From: Saccostrea cucullata
Taxonomy: Eukaryota
Assembly: GCF_032062105.1 (NCBI RefSeq)
Contig: NW_026925197.1
Coordinates: 1-64,000 of the forward strand
Reading direction: 5' to 3'
Length of the DNA stretch: 64,000 nucleotides
Both the position numbers and the translations under genes were made by a program. This document shows positions 28,125 to 37,752 of this stretch, one piece after another (within the stretch, counting starts at the first letter, position 1; each line of letters begins with the position of its first letter). A model generated the notes under the pieces. The model saw only the letters and a program-made list of their open reading frames with translations, was not told the DNA's origin and ran no database searches.

Positions 28125-28211
28125 ATTCCGAAACTTCATAAGAATCCTTACAAACAAAGATACATTGCGGGTTCCAGTAAATGTTCAACCAAGCCTCTTT
28201 CGTTACTGTTC

Positions 28212-28677
28212 TGTGACGGGGGTCCTCCCTGTCACTGGCACTGGTAATGAATGACTATAGTTTTTATTTACATTGTTTATTTACATATTTACAACACAGA
28301 TATATATATAAGAAATCACAATTGTTCACAATACAAAAACACATCCACACTCGTTGACTTTCAGACTTGTTCTCCTCTCTCTCACGCGCGTTCCCAGGGC
28401 ATGGCCATACCAAATCTCTTTTTCCCCACTTTCTCACACAAATCAATCTAATGCTCACTTTCATCTCTCAGAACTCTATCATGCACAATAAACAACGATA
28501 ACAGAAATGACAAATAAACAAATTATAAATCCATGCTTGTCCACTCGCTTTCTTTCTAACTAACTCAAATTACACTCTTGGGAAACAGGGCTACAACGCC
28601 TGCGCCGCGCACCTGCAACCTATCACTCACTCATTTACAATTAATTAACAATTAGTTCGGGCGATTACTCTGTGACA
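28212..28677 (-). repeat. Gypsy 3' LTR
   Basis: Matches 33582-34047; one visible difference (28250 A vs 33620 G). Confidence 0.97.
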
Positions 28678-28690
28678 TACCTCCCCTCTT
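28678..28690 (-). other. Polypurine tract
   Basis: AAGAGGGGAGGTA on the minus strand, abutting the 3' LTR. Confidence 0.85.
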
Positions 28691-28960
28691 AAGTGTGGCG
28701 TCCCGACACACTAATAAAATTACATGTAGTAGACTGATAATGACAATTTGATATCGCTTACAAGAATCACACATTCATAGATAAAGAGACATTACTTACA
28801 CACAGAAATAACAAAATAGTTTAACATGCATACACATTTCATGTTTTACCTTTTTTTTCTTAGATTTTTGCGTTTTATCTTAACATTTTTTTTTCGAAAC
28901 AAATGTTCATTTTATATATACATTATTTACACAACCTACGTATATATACACTTCAATTAT

Positions 28961-31900
28961 TTATTTCTTTGACTTAATAAAATCTTGTTCAATCCTAAAG
29001 TCTTTGATTTCATTTTCACCTAACCACTGGGTGTGTCCGTTCTGAAACTGCACAAAATAACGTTTCTCTAACCGCTTGGAGTCGTTTCTTGACCGCATCA
29101 TATCTAATACTTTGACAATGGGACCGTTGTCATCGGCCGTCTCGTCTTCGTATTCAACGTCCTCGTCCGGGATATAGTCGTGATCAGGGCGGTCATTAGG
29201 ATCAAGATACGGCTTCATCCTGTTAGCATGCGCTGTCAAAGTTTTCGATTTGTGATCAGGGTCCTGTAGTCTGTATGTAACATTAGATAATCGCTCGATG
29301 ATCTCGTATGGTCCGTGCCAATTGTGGGTAAGTTTAGGAGAGAGTCCAGGTTTAGTCGTTGGAGTAAATAACCAGATTTTGTCACCTTTAGTATAATGAG
29401 TCTCTTTCGCTGCACGGTCATGATGTTCCTTCTGGTTTTGTTGACATTTTTGTAAGTTTTCTTTGACAAGCGTGTAGGCCTCTTGAAGGCGGACTTTTGC
29501 CTCTTCCTTATAGTCGTCTGCTACAGCGTAAGAAAATGTTGGCGGACAGAGCACGGCTTCAACGGGTAGAACAGGATCTCGCAAGTGCATTAGGAAGAAG
29601 GGTGACTCTTTTGTAGTCTCATGGATGGCGGTCCTATATGCAAACAGTATGTATGGTATAAAGGTGTCCCAGTCACGCTGATGTCCTGACACATACATTG
29701 ACAACATTGTTGTGAGTGTTCCATTGAAGCGCTCCACTAGGCCATTGGTCTCCGGGTGGTAGGCAGTAGTAAAAGTTTTCCTGGTATTTGTTAATTTGCA
29801 TATTTCCTTTATTAGGTTTGATCTAAAGTTCTTACCATTATCTGATAGCAGCTCTCTAGGCGCTCCGTGACGACACACTATTTCCTCTACAAAAAGTCGC
29901 GCAGTCGTTTCTGCATCTGCATTGTTTACGGCAAATACTTCAGGCCATCGAGTTAGGTAGTCACTGAACACAATAATGTACTTATTGGACTTGTAGGTTG
30001 GCGGGAACGGTCCAAGGACATCTACAGCTACTCTGTCGAATGGTCCATTAACTGCCGGTAGCGGGTTCAATGGGCACTTTGGTCTGTTTTTCGGTGATTT
30101 CTTGGTAGCACAGTCTACGCATGATCTACACCAAAACTCTACATCTGAATACATTCCCTTCCAATGAAATCTCTCTTGTACTTTGTCATACGTTTTCTGG
30201 AAGGAGAGATGTCCGGCTGTCAGGTCGTCGTGACAGGCATACATGACTTCGTCTATCAGGCTCCTTGGAACAGCTATTTGGCGTCTAATAGCTTGACGTC
30301 GTCTATGAGATCCAGGCTGCCAAAGATGATATAGCAGACCATTGTGTCCGAGTTCATAATCACCAGATAATATTACTGTCTCACGGGCCTTTGAAGATAA
30401 TTCAGGCAACTCTCCCTTCTCTAAATAATTAATGATAGCGGCTAGGAGAGGGTCATTTTTCTGACGGTCGCGGATGTCCTGATATGACCTTTTTGGTATC
30501 ACATCTGCGTCTGCCTTAGCACAGGTGGCTGCTATAGGGGATTCGGCAGGAATTCGAGATAAGGCGTCTGCGTTTTGATGAACCTTTCCCGGTCGATGTT
30601 TAATGGTTATGTCATACTCTTGAAGAGTTAATGACCATCGCGCTAGGCGTCCTGCTGGATTCTTAATGTCCATAAGCCACCGTAATGGGTTGTGGTCAGT
30701 TATCACAGTAAATTTCCGGCCGAATAGATAGTGTCTAAAGTATTTCACACTCCACACAATGGCTAATGCCTCTTTTTCGATAACTGCATAGTTCTGTTCA
30801 TTTGATTTTAGACTCCTACTCGCGTACGCTATTGTCCGTTCACCATCTGGACCTTCTTGGGCTAATACGGCACCTACACCAGTGTCACATGCATCCGTGT
30901 ACAGGATAAACGGAAGCGAGAAATCCGGATACCTAAGAATGGGAAAGCTGGTCAAAGCTGATTTGAAGAATTCAAACGCACTTTTGCAGTTATTGTCCCA
31001 AATGAATTCGACACCTTTCCTTAAGAGCTTGTGTAAGGGAGCAGCCTTACTTGCAAAATCCTTTACAAACTTACGGTAGTAAGAGATGAGTCCCAGAAAG
31101 CTTCTAAGTTCGCTCACATTTGTTGGCCTCGGAAAGTTGTGAATTGACTTTACTTTCTCCGTGTCAGGTGATATTCCGTCAGCTGAGACTTTGTGTCCAA
31201 GGAACGTGACCTCCGTTTTTCCGAAGTAACACTTCTTCGCTTTTAACTTTAATCCTGAATTTTCGAATCGTTTTAGCACTTCCTCAAGTCTTTTGACATG
31301 GTCGGAAATAGTTTCCGAGAAGACAATTACGTCATCTATATACACAAGACACGTGTTCCACAGTAATCCTGAAAGCACAGAGTCCATAAGTCTCTGGAAT
31401 GTTGGCGCACTGTTGCACAGTCCAAATGGCATATAATTATATTCATAATGCCCTCCAAAGAAGGAAAACGCGGTCTTTTCTCTGTCATTTTCCTTAATAG
31501 GTACTTGGTGGTATCCTTGACACAAATCTAAGACACTGAAGTACTTGGACTTATTAAGTGCATCCAGCATTTCGTCGATCCTAGGGAGAGGGTAAACGTC
31601 CTTTTTGGTGACTTCATTTATTTTACGAAAATCGATGCACATGCGAACTTTGCCATCTTTCTTCGGCACCAAAACAATTGGGGCGGAGTACGGACTCTTA
31701 GACGGTCGCACAATTCCATTAGCGCACATTGTTTCTATCTGGGATTCCAGTAACATCCGCTGGCTGTGAGGAATCCTATGAGGCCTCAAGTGAATAGGTT
31801 TACTGTCCCCTGTGTCTATAGAATGTTCAACCAAATCTGTCTTCCCTAATTCATTATCACTGAAAGCAAACACTTTTCTATACTTATCTAATACCTTAGT

Positions 31901-32587
31901 AATAGACTTGCGTTCCGTTTCACCTAAATCACCTGATACATAGAAATCATCTATACCTTGCTCACCAGACTCAACGCTCTCATTTATCTCAATCCCATTC
32001 AAGTTCTTGTAATTACATGCATCTTGCACACTCTCGCTAGTCGAACTTGCATCAGAAATAAATGAGATACATTCATCATTTATATATACAGAATCATTTG
32101 CAACATCAATATAGCATGCACAGTCCTTCAAAATGTCCAAACCTAAAATACAATCATACGGGAATTCACGAGCAACAAATGCATTATATACAACATCGGT
32201 TTGTTCACCAATTCTTAACGTAAAGTCACACTTCCCAACAATATCGACACGGTTGCCCGTTGCCGATGTAACACTAACTCCTCCAGCCGGCACCATACCA
32301 CTCTGGCTTGCGAAAGCTTCATTTATAATCGTGACACTAGATCCGGTGTCGACCAACATCGCAGCACATTTTTCATTCACATATCCTACAATTTTGGCGG
32401 TACAAAATTTAGGATTTAATTGACAAGAAACAATATTTTCACATACATTTTTCACATTTTCAACACTTTTTTCACTACTTTCGGAAGAATAATCCTCTTC
32501 TCTTTTACGCAACCGGCTGTCTCTAGGAGGGTATTTTAGATCCTCTAGCCCTTTACCTCCACACAAAAGGGCGGACTTTAGTTTTCC
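28961..32587 (-). CDS. pol: Gypsy pol (protease, RT, RNase H, integrase, chromodomain-like tail), entered by -1 frameshift
   Basis: LVDTGS, YIDD, TDACDTG, HHCC, D..D..E core, GPY motif; 1201-aa uninterrupted ORF with no ATG start. Confidence 0.95.
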   Translation of the reverse strand, partial: GKLKSALLCGGKGLEDLKYPPRDSRLRKREEDYSSESSEKSVENVKNVCENIVSCQLNPKFCTAKIVGYVNEKCAAMLVDTGSSVTIINEAFASQSGMVPAGGVSVTSATGNRVDIVGKCDFTLRIGEQTDVVYNAFVAREFPYDCILGLDILKDCACYIDVANDSVYINDECISFISDASSTSESVQDACNYKNLNGIEINESVESGEQGIDDFYVSGDLGETERKSITKVLDKYRKVFAFSDNELGKTDLVEHSIDTGDSKPIHLRPHRIPHSQRMLLESQIETMCANGIVRPSKSPYSAPIVLVPKKDGKVRMCIDFRKINEVTKKDVYPLPRIDEMLDALNKSKYFSVLDLCQGYHQVPIKENDREKTAFSFFGGHYEYNYMPFGLCNSAPTFQRLMDSVLSGLLWNTCLVYIDDVIVFSETISDHVKRLEEVLKRFENSGLKLKAKKCYFGKTEVTFLGHKVSADGISPDTEKVKSIHNFPRPTNVSELRSFLGLISYYRKFVKDFASKAAPLHKLLRKGVEFIWDNNCKSAFEFFKSALTSFPILRYPDFSLPFILYTDACDTGVGAVLAQEGPDGERTIAYASRSLKSNEQNYAVIEKEALAIVWSVKYFRHYLFGRKFTVITDHNPLRWLMDIKNPAGRLARWSLTLQEYDITIKHRPGKVHQNADALSRIPAESPIAATCAKADADVIPKRSYQDIRDRQKNDPLLAAIINYLEKGELPELSSKARETVILSGDYELGHNGLLYHLWQPGSHRRRQAIRRQIAVPRSLIDEVMYACHDDLTAGHLSFQKTYDKVQERFHWKGMYSDVEFWCRSCVDCATKKSPKNRPKCPLNPLPAVNGPFDRVAVDVLGPFPPTYKSNKYIIVFSDYLTRWPEVFAVNNADAETTARLFVEEIVCRHGAPRELLSDNGKNFRSNLIKEICKLTNTRKTFTTAYHPETNGLVERFNGTLTTMLSMYVSGHQRDWDTFIPYILFAYRTAIHETTKESPFFLMHLRDPVLPVEAVLCPPTFSYAVADDYKEEAKVRLQEAYTLVKENLQKCQQNQKEHHDRAAKETHYTKGDKIWLFTPTTKPGLSPKLTHNWHGPYEIIERLSNVTYRLQDPDHKSKTLTAHANRMKPYLDPNDRPDHDYIPDEDVEYEDETADDNGPIVKVLDMMRSRNDSKRLEKRYFVQFQNGHTQWLGENEIKDFRIEQDFIKSKK

Positions 32588-33493
32588 GAATTGGCGCTTC
32601 TTTGTTGCTCATTGCAACGAACTGCTATGTGTCCTACTCTACGACATTTGTTGCAGATTGGTCTCCCGTCCGTAGTCCTAAGATTTCGGTCTGGTCGGGG
32701 GCGGAATCCGAATTCTCGGCCTCTTCCTCCTCGGCTTCCTCCACGGCTTTGTCCTCGAGACGGAGGAACAAATTGCTGTTTCGATGCGAATCTACCGATT
32801 TCAGTTGCCATCACTGACACCTTGGCGGTCAGGTCTGCGAGTGACTTTTCCAGTTCTTCCGTTCTCGTAAGGAGCGTAAGACATAGATGCCACAGTTCCT
32901 CTGGCCATTGGGGCATCTGCCAGGAAGTTGTTACATTCTTCCCTCTTCGCATGCCTGAAAGCTTCCTCAAACGTCTTAGGGTTAGAAAGTAACACATACC
33001 TCTTGATTTCAGGCCGTAATCCTTGGACGAAATGCTCTTTAGTGAGGGTTTCCTTTTGCCTCCCAGGCATGTCCATGTAGGCACGCGTAGCAAGCTTCGT
33101 TATGTTCGACGCATAATCTTCTACGGTTAGCATCTCTGCCTGTTTGTATCCGAACAAGTTGGAATAATACAGAGATTGCAGTTCTTTAGGAATAAATCTT
33201 TCCCGCAGAGCGTCACAAACGGAACAGTAGTCATCTTTCACATCGTCGTCTAAAGATTCATAATAATCTGCAGCTTGATCTCGGAGGAATGCAGGTATCG
33301 TTATGCATTTTCTTGGTTCGGTCCAGAAATTAGCTCTGGATATTCGATCAAAGTTCTTAATCCATGAATCAAAGTCTTCGTCGAGTTTCCCGTAGAATGG
33401 GGTAGGCTTAATCAGGTTGGACGGCTGTCTAACTTCAGGCACAGCTTCGGGAATAATATCCTCAATTGGCTCCTGTCTCTTCTTCCGTGGCAT
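32578..33493 (-). CDS. gag: Gypsy gag, split into two frames near 32850-32880
   Basis: Capsid-like region (PFYG..EDFDSW, FVQGLRPEIK) in 33493-32801; CCHC knuckle CNKCRRVGHIAVRC in the 33093-32578 frame. Confidence 0.85.
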
Positions 33494-33554
33494 CTTTACA
33501 GTATTTGACCAAAAATTAATTTTCCAAAGTACATGTCGAAATATTTAAGATGAT

Positions 33555-33576
33555 CTCATCCGACCGCTGGCCACCA
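33555..33576 (-). other. Primer binding site, tRNA-Leu-like
   Basis: TGGTGGCCAGCGGTCGGAT 5 nt inside the 5' LTR; resembles TGGTGGCAGCGGTGGGAT. Confidence 0.6.
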
Positions 33577-33581
33577 TAATA

Positions 33582-34047
33582 TGTGACGGGGGTCCTCCCT
33601 GTCACTGGCACTGGTAATGGATGACTATAGTTTTTATTTACATTGTTTATTTACATATTTACAACACAGATATATATATAAGAAATCACAATTGTTCACA
33701 ATACAAAAACACATCCACACTCGTTGACTTTCAGACTTGTTCTCCTCTCTCTCACGCGCGTTCCCAGGGCATGGCCATACCAAATCTCTTTTTCCCCACT
33801 TTCTCACACAAATCAATCTAATGCTCACTTTCATCTCTCAGAACTCTATCATGCACAATAAACAACGATAACAGAAATGACAAATAAACAAATTATAAAT
33901 CCATGCTTGTCCACTCGCTTTCTTTCTAACTAACTCAAATTACACTCTTGGGAAACAGGGCTACAACGCCTGCGCCGCGCACCTGCAACCTATCACTCAC
34001 TCATTTACAATTAATTAACAATTAGTTCGGGCGATTACTCTGTGACA
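33582..34047 (-). repeat. Gypsy 5' LTR
   Basis: Direct repeat of 28212-28677. Confidence 0.97.
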
Positions 34048-34880
34048 GTTCATTAAGATTAACAGTAGTGAAGGAAAACCTTCAAGAGTACTGTGCAACA
34101 ATATATTCAAGAAGTGGTGTGAATCAGATGTGGATCCTCAAAAATTACAAAAAACTTATGGACAATTTGAAATTACAAGAATTTACCAAAATCAACAGCT
34201 TAAGAACTTACGACTTTTCAACTTTATACACTACCATTCCCCACGATAAATTAAATTCCTGTCTTTTTTAGTTCATTGTCATTTGCTTTTTCAATAAAAA
34301 ATGGAACTCGTAAAACTACCTACCTGGTAATTGGTCATTTGCAAAATTATGAATCTAAAAGATGCTTGAGTTTCTGATTGACAATATCTACATGTATGTG
34401 GTTTTTTTTTATACCATCCTTCCAACAATTTATTGAAATTTCCATGGGTACCAATTGCAATTCGTTATTAGTAGACCTATTTTTGTATTCATATGAAGCA
34501 GAATTTGTGCAAAATCTTATGTTTCGGAGGTCCGTGTTTGCTCTGCTCCTAAGTTGTATTGTTTTATGGACTCTGAGATTGAATACTGTTCGTTATCTCC
34601 ATATCCTTCTTCCTTACAGAATGATGTATATGTAAGTTTAAAAGTAAGAGCAACGGGAAATGAATTTATATAGTTAAATAACGTTGGTTTTTTTTTTTTT
34701 GCTTTTATGCTATGTTTTAGAATTTATAAAAGTTTATAGTTATCAGAAACATATCATGCAATTTACGAAACAAAACCTTTATATGATAAAAAAACACCAA
34801 AAAATATAATCATAAATTTATGTTCCTCAATGAATAAATATTCATTGGGATTCTGCAAACCAAAAATACACCCAAAGTAC

Positions 34881-35505
34881 ATTATCACAGACTCCACACA
34901 AAAACAACAGTGAATTTAATGTTTCCTAATTATTTATTTCTTAAGTTTGGCATTTTAATGGCCACGGCTGGTTCAAATCAATTTATGAAAAATACACGTG
35001 TACAGTGGGTGCCGACCCAATTGGTTTTGGCACACCTCCAATAAAAGCAAGCAAACAAACAATCAATCAATGAATCAACAATCAATCAATCAATCAATAT
35101 TAACTGTACACATGTCAAAGTTTTACAGGATAAGACTGACGTTTAGCTTCAAAGTTCCTGCAGTTGCGTCAGCCTTATGCATCAATCAATATGCATCAAT
35201 CAGTGTTCAATACGATCAATTAATGTTCAAGTCAATCAATGAATGTTCAATTCGATCAATAATATTCAATTAGATCAATCAATGTTCAAACAATATTCAA
35301 CAAATCAATATTCAGTTCATTCAGATCAATGTATTGTATGCTCATGTTAAGCCAATCAATATTCAAATAAATCAATCAATGTTCAATGTAAATTATATAC
35401 AAGTTCCTTGTATTCCATTCCAGAATTATCCACGCAATCATGTTCGAGTTGCGCCCTGTTAACAGCGGCGCAAGTCAAGATGATATGTGTTAAGCTAAAT
35501 TCGCC
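34881..35505 (-). repeat. Ngaro terminal direct repeat B2
   Basis: Matches 41152-41777 with about six small differences; (CAAT)-rich; begins with ATT on the + strand. Confidence 0.9.
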
Positions 35506-36024
35506 TTTCAGCCATTGGCTCTTATCAAGGTTATTACGTAGAATACAATACTGGGTGCAGATAGGGTCAGCCGTGACGATGCTGCTGTGAAGCAGATTGA
35601 TGATTATCATAAACAACAACTACGCCCAGTTTACAGCGGCGAGTGTCATTATGATTGGATAAGTGAAACTCCTCCTCCTGGTCCTTGGCACTATCCATCA
35701 CTCTGGCATGTAACTCTGTCGAAAAGGGGGGAAGTCGGACATGGCTAGGCAACGTCTTAGAATGAGTCGTGGCTCCAAAACTTCAGTATCTTTCCTGAAA
35801 GAAAAAACTCAACACACAGAAAACGAATTCAAGAAATTAGGGATTTGGAAGGGAGGGCTTTTGAAAATATTTCCCCAATTAAGCAGTACTTAAATTAAGA
35901 CGTGTATCTTTGAGGGTGGTTGATAACTGACTGCTCCTATGCTCTGCGCGTATATTGCGCGCGCATTATACCGCGTGGTGCGCTGTGATATATGGATTTA
36001 TATCGTATTCACTGCATAAATCCG

Positions 36025-36089
36025 ATTCTACCAAATCAACAATGCTGAGGAATACCATGAGATGTGACGTAGCCATCACGTGATTCAGT
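36025..36089 (+). repeat. DIRS left inverted terminal repeat
   Basis: ATTCTACCAAATCAAC...CATCACGTGATTCAGT, inverse of 41040-41106. Confidence 0.92.
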
Positions 36090-36303
36090 GCGTAGTAAAC
36101 AGTGATTCGAGCAAGCCGCCATTCTAGTCGCAGAGAAAATTTTTAGCGTTATTTCCTATTTTGATTACGAATTTAGAGGATTTTTGTGTTTTTACTTAAG
36201 TTTTATCCTGGACATCGTGTTTACAATTGGAGAAGTCCTTCAACGTGGTCGCAACGTGACTTTGTTTAGGGTCATAAGCCCTGACCCAAATCCTTTGTGA
36301 ACA

Positions 36304-37752
36304 ATGGCCAATCAGGCCAAGCGACCTTCTCTGAATAATTCAGTAGAGGCTGTCTTCGACAGTGTGGTCGCGGGCATTTCAGCCCAGCAGAACAGTGGTT
36401 TTCAAACCTTAACTGTTGTTCCTGAAGCAATTTCTGAGGAAATTGTAGAATCGTTTGACTCGATTGATTACATAAGATCGGCTGGAGATACTCAGGTTTC
36501 AAGGGGCGGAGCGTCGAAAACCGCCAAAACAATGAGTGACAGACCGAGCACAGAACACATATCCCAGAATTCCCAAACAAAAACAAACAACATGGCCGAC
36601 GAAGACGATCTTTATTGGAAAAAATTATTTTTCCAGAACCAGAAAATGTTGCAGGAATTTATGCAGTCAAAAAGATTGGCGGAGACAGAACCTCCAGTGC
36701 CAAACAAATTACAGAAGGCAAGTTTTACACATGCCTTAGTTTTAAAAATTCAAGCAATGATAAATTTATGATTATGTTTATCATATTGGAACATTCCGAT
36801 AGTCGGTTCCCAGTAGCTTTGCATTAAGCCTAAACGGCTTACATATCAAGTTAATCTATTTAACAAGAAAATTTTTTTGTTTTTTATTATAGACAAATCA
36901 TCAAACAGAAACAGCTGATTCTGATGAGGCTGACGATTTCGATGTTCTTATCAATGAAGCTAAAGAAAAACAGAGTGAAGACGAAGATGACAAGAGTTTT
37001 TTAGGATCCCTAGAAGATTTTATGTTAAATGATGACAGAACTGGACCGAATATTAGTGAAGAACTTTCTAAGGTCCTCAATAAATCATTTCAAAACAGAC
37101 CATCAGAAGAAAAGGCTAAGAAACTGTGTGAAAAATATTTTCGGCCTAAGAACTGTGACAACATGACTGTTCCAAAATGTAATCCAGAAGTCTGGCCATC
37201 ATTGCGCAAAAAATCTCAGTCATGCGATTATAAACTACAGAAAACACAATCTGTTATTCTGAAAGCTATGGTGCCAACTTGCACTCTTCTAGACAAATTG
37301 CTTGTCAGCAAGAAAACAACAAAGACCGTGTCATCAAAAGACACTAACGAAATGCTAGACTTAGCGAGCTGGCATTTACTGATATCTCTCACAAACGAAG
37401 GCACCTAATTCGACCAGAACTTAAGCCGATGTACAAACCCCTGTGTAATGATACAAATCAAGTGACAAGTTTCTTGTTTGGAGATAGCATGGACGAGCAG
37501 ATAAAGAAAATAGATGCTTCAAGAAAAGTGGGCAAAAAGTTGAATGAAAATCAGCATGACACGTCAACATCAAGAAATGCAAATCATGGAAAAGGATCTG
37601 GTGGAAACCACTTCAGAGGTTATTCACAATATGGTGGACCAAAACATACCTATGGCAGATTCAATTACAACTACAAGGAAACAAACAACAACAACAGCAA
37701 CCCTTTTTTAGGGAGGAGCAAGGGCAGGAAACCAGTGCCGAACAAAAAGTAG
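36304..37752 (+). pseudogene. DIRS gag-like ORF1 (exons 36304-36717 and 36893-37752; frameshift near 37365)
   Basis: RPKNC...VPKCNPEVW, D.KLQK.Q, KRR.LIRPEL..MYK.LC, FLFGD motifs; a GC-AG intron joins the frames. Confidence 0.75.

Larger units (their letters stand above)
28212..34047 (-). mobile_element. Full-length Ty3/Gypsy LTR retrotransposon
   Basis: Two 466-bp TGT...ACA LTRs, 4-bp TSD GTTC (28208-28211, 34048-34051), PBS, PPT, gag and PR-RT-RH-IN pol. Confidence 0.97.
28030..34612 (+). mobile_element. Decayed Penelope-like element (RT at 28030-28211 and 34052-34520, 3' UTR to ~34612) interrupted by a Gypsy
   Basis: ELPYIY..IPKLHKNPYKQRYIAGSSKCSTKPLS, continuing after the Gypsy with YSRSGVNQMWILKN, TYDFSTLYTTIPH, MGTNC..L.DLFLYSYEAEF; (TA)n expansion at 28089-28122. 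Confidence 0.8.

Noticed and set aside
28251-28464. Duplicated 66-aa ORFs (also 33621-33834)
   Set aside because: They lie within the two LTRs and show no coding signal.
35383-35752. Small ORFs in the Ngaro A2/B2 region as an accessory gene
   Set aside because: Short, no recognisable motif, and one crosses the repeat boundary.
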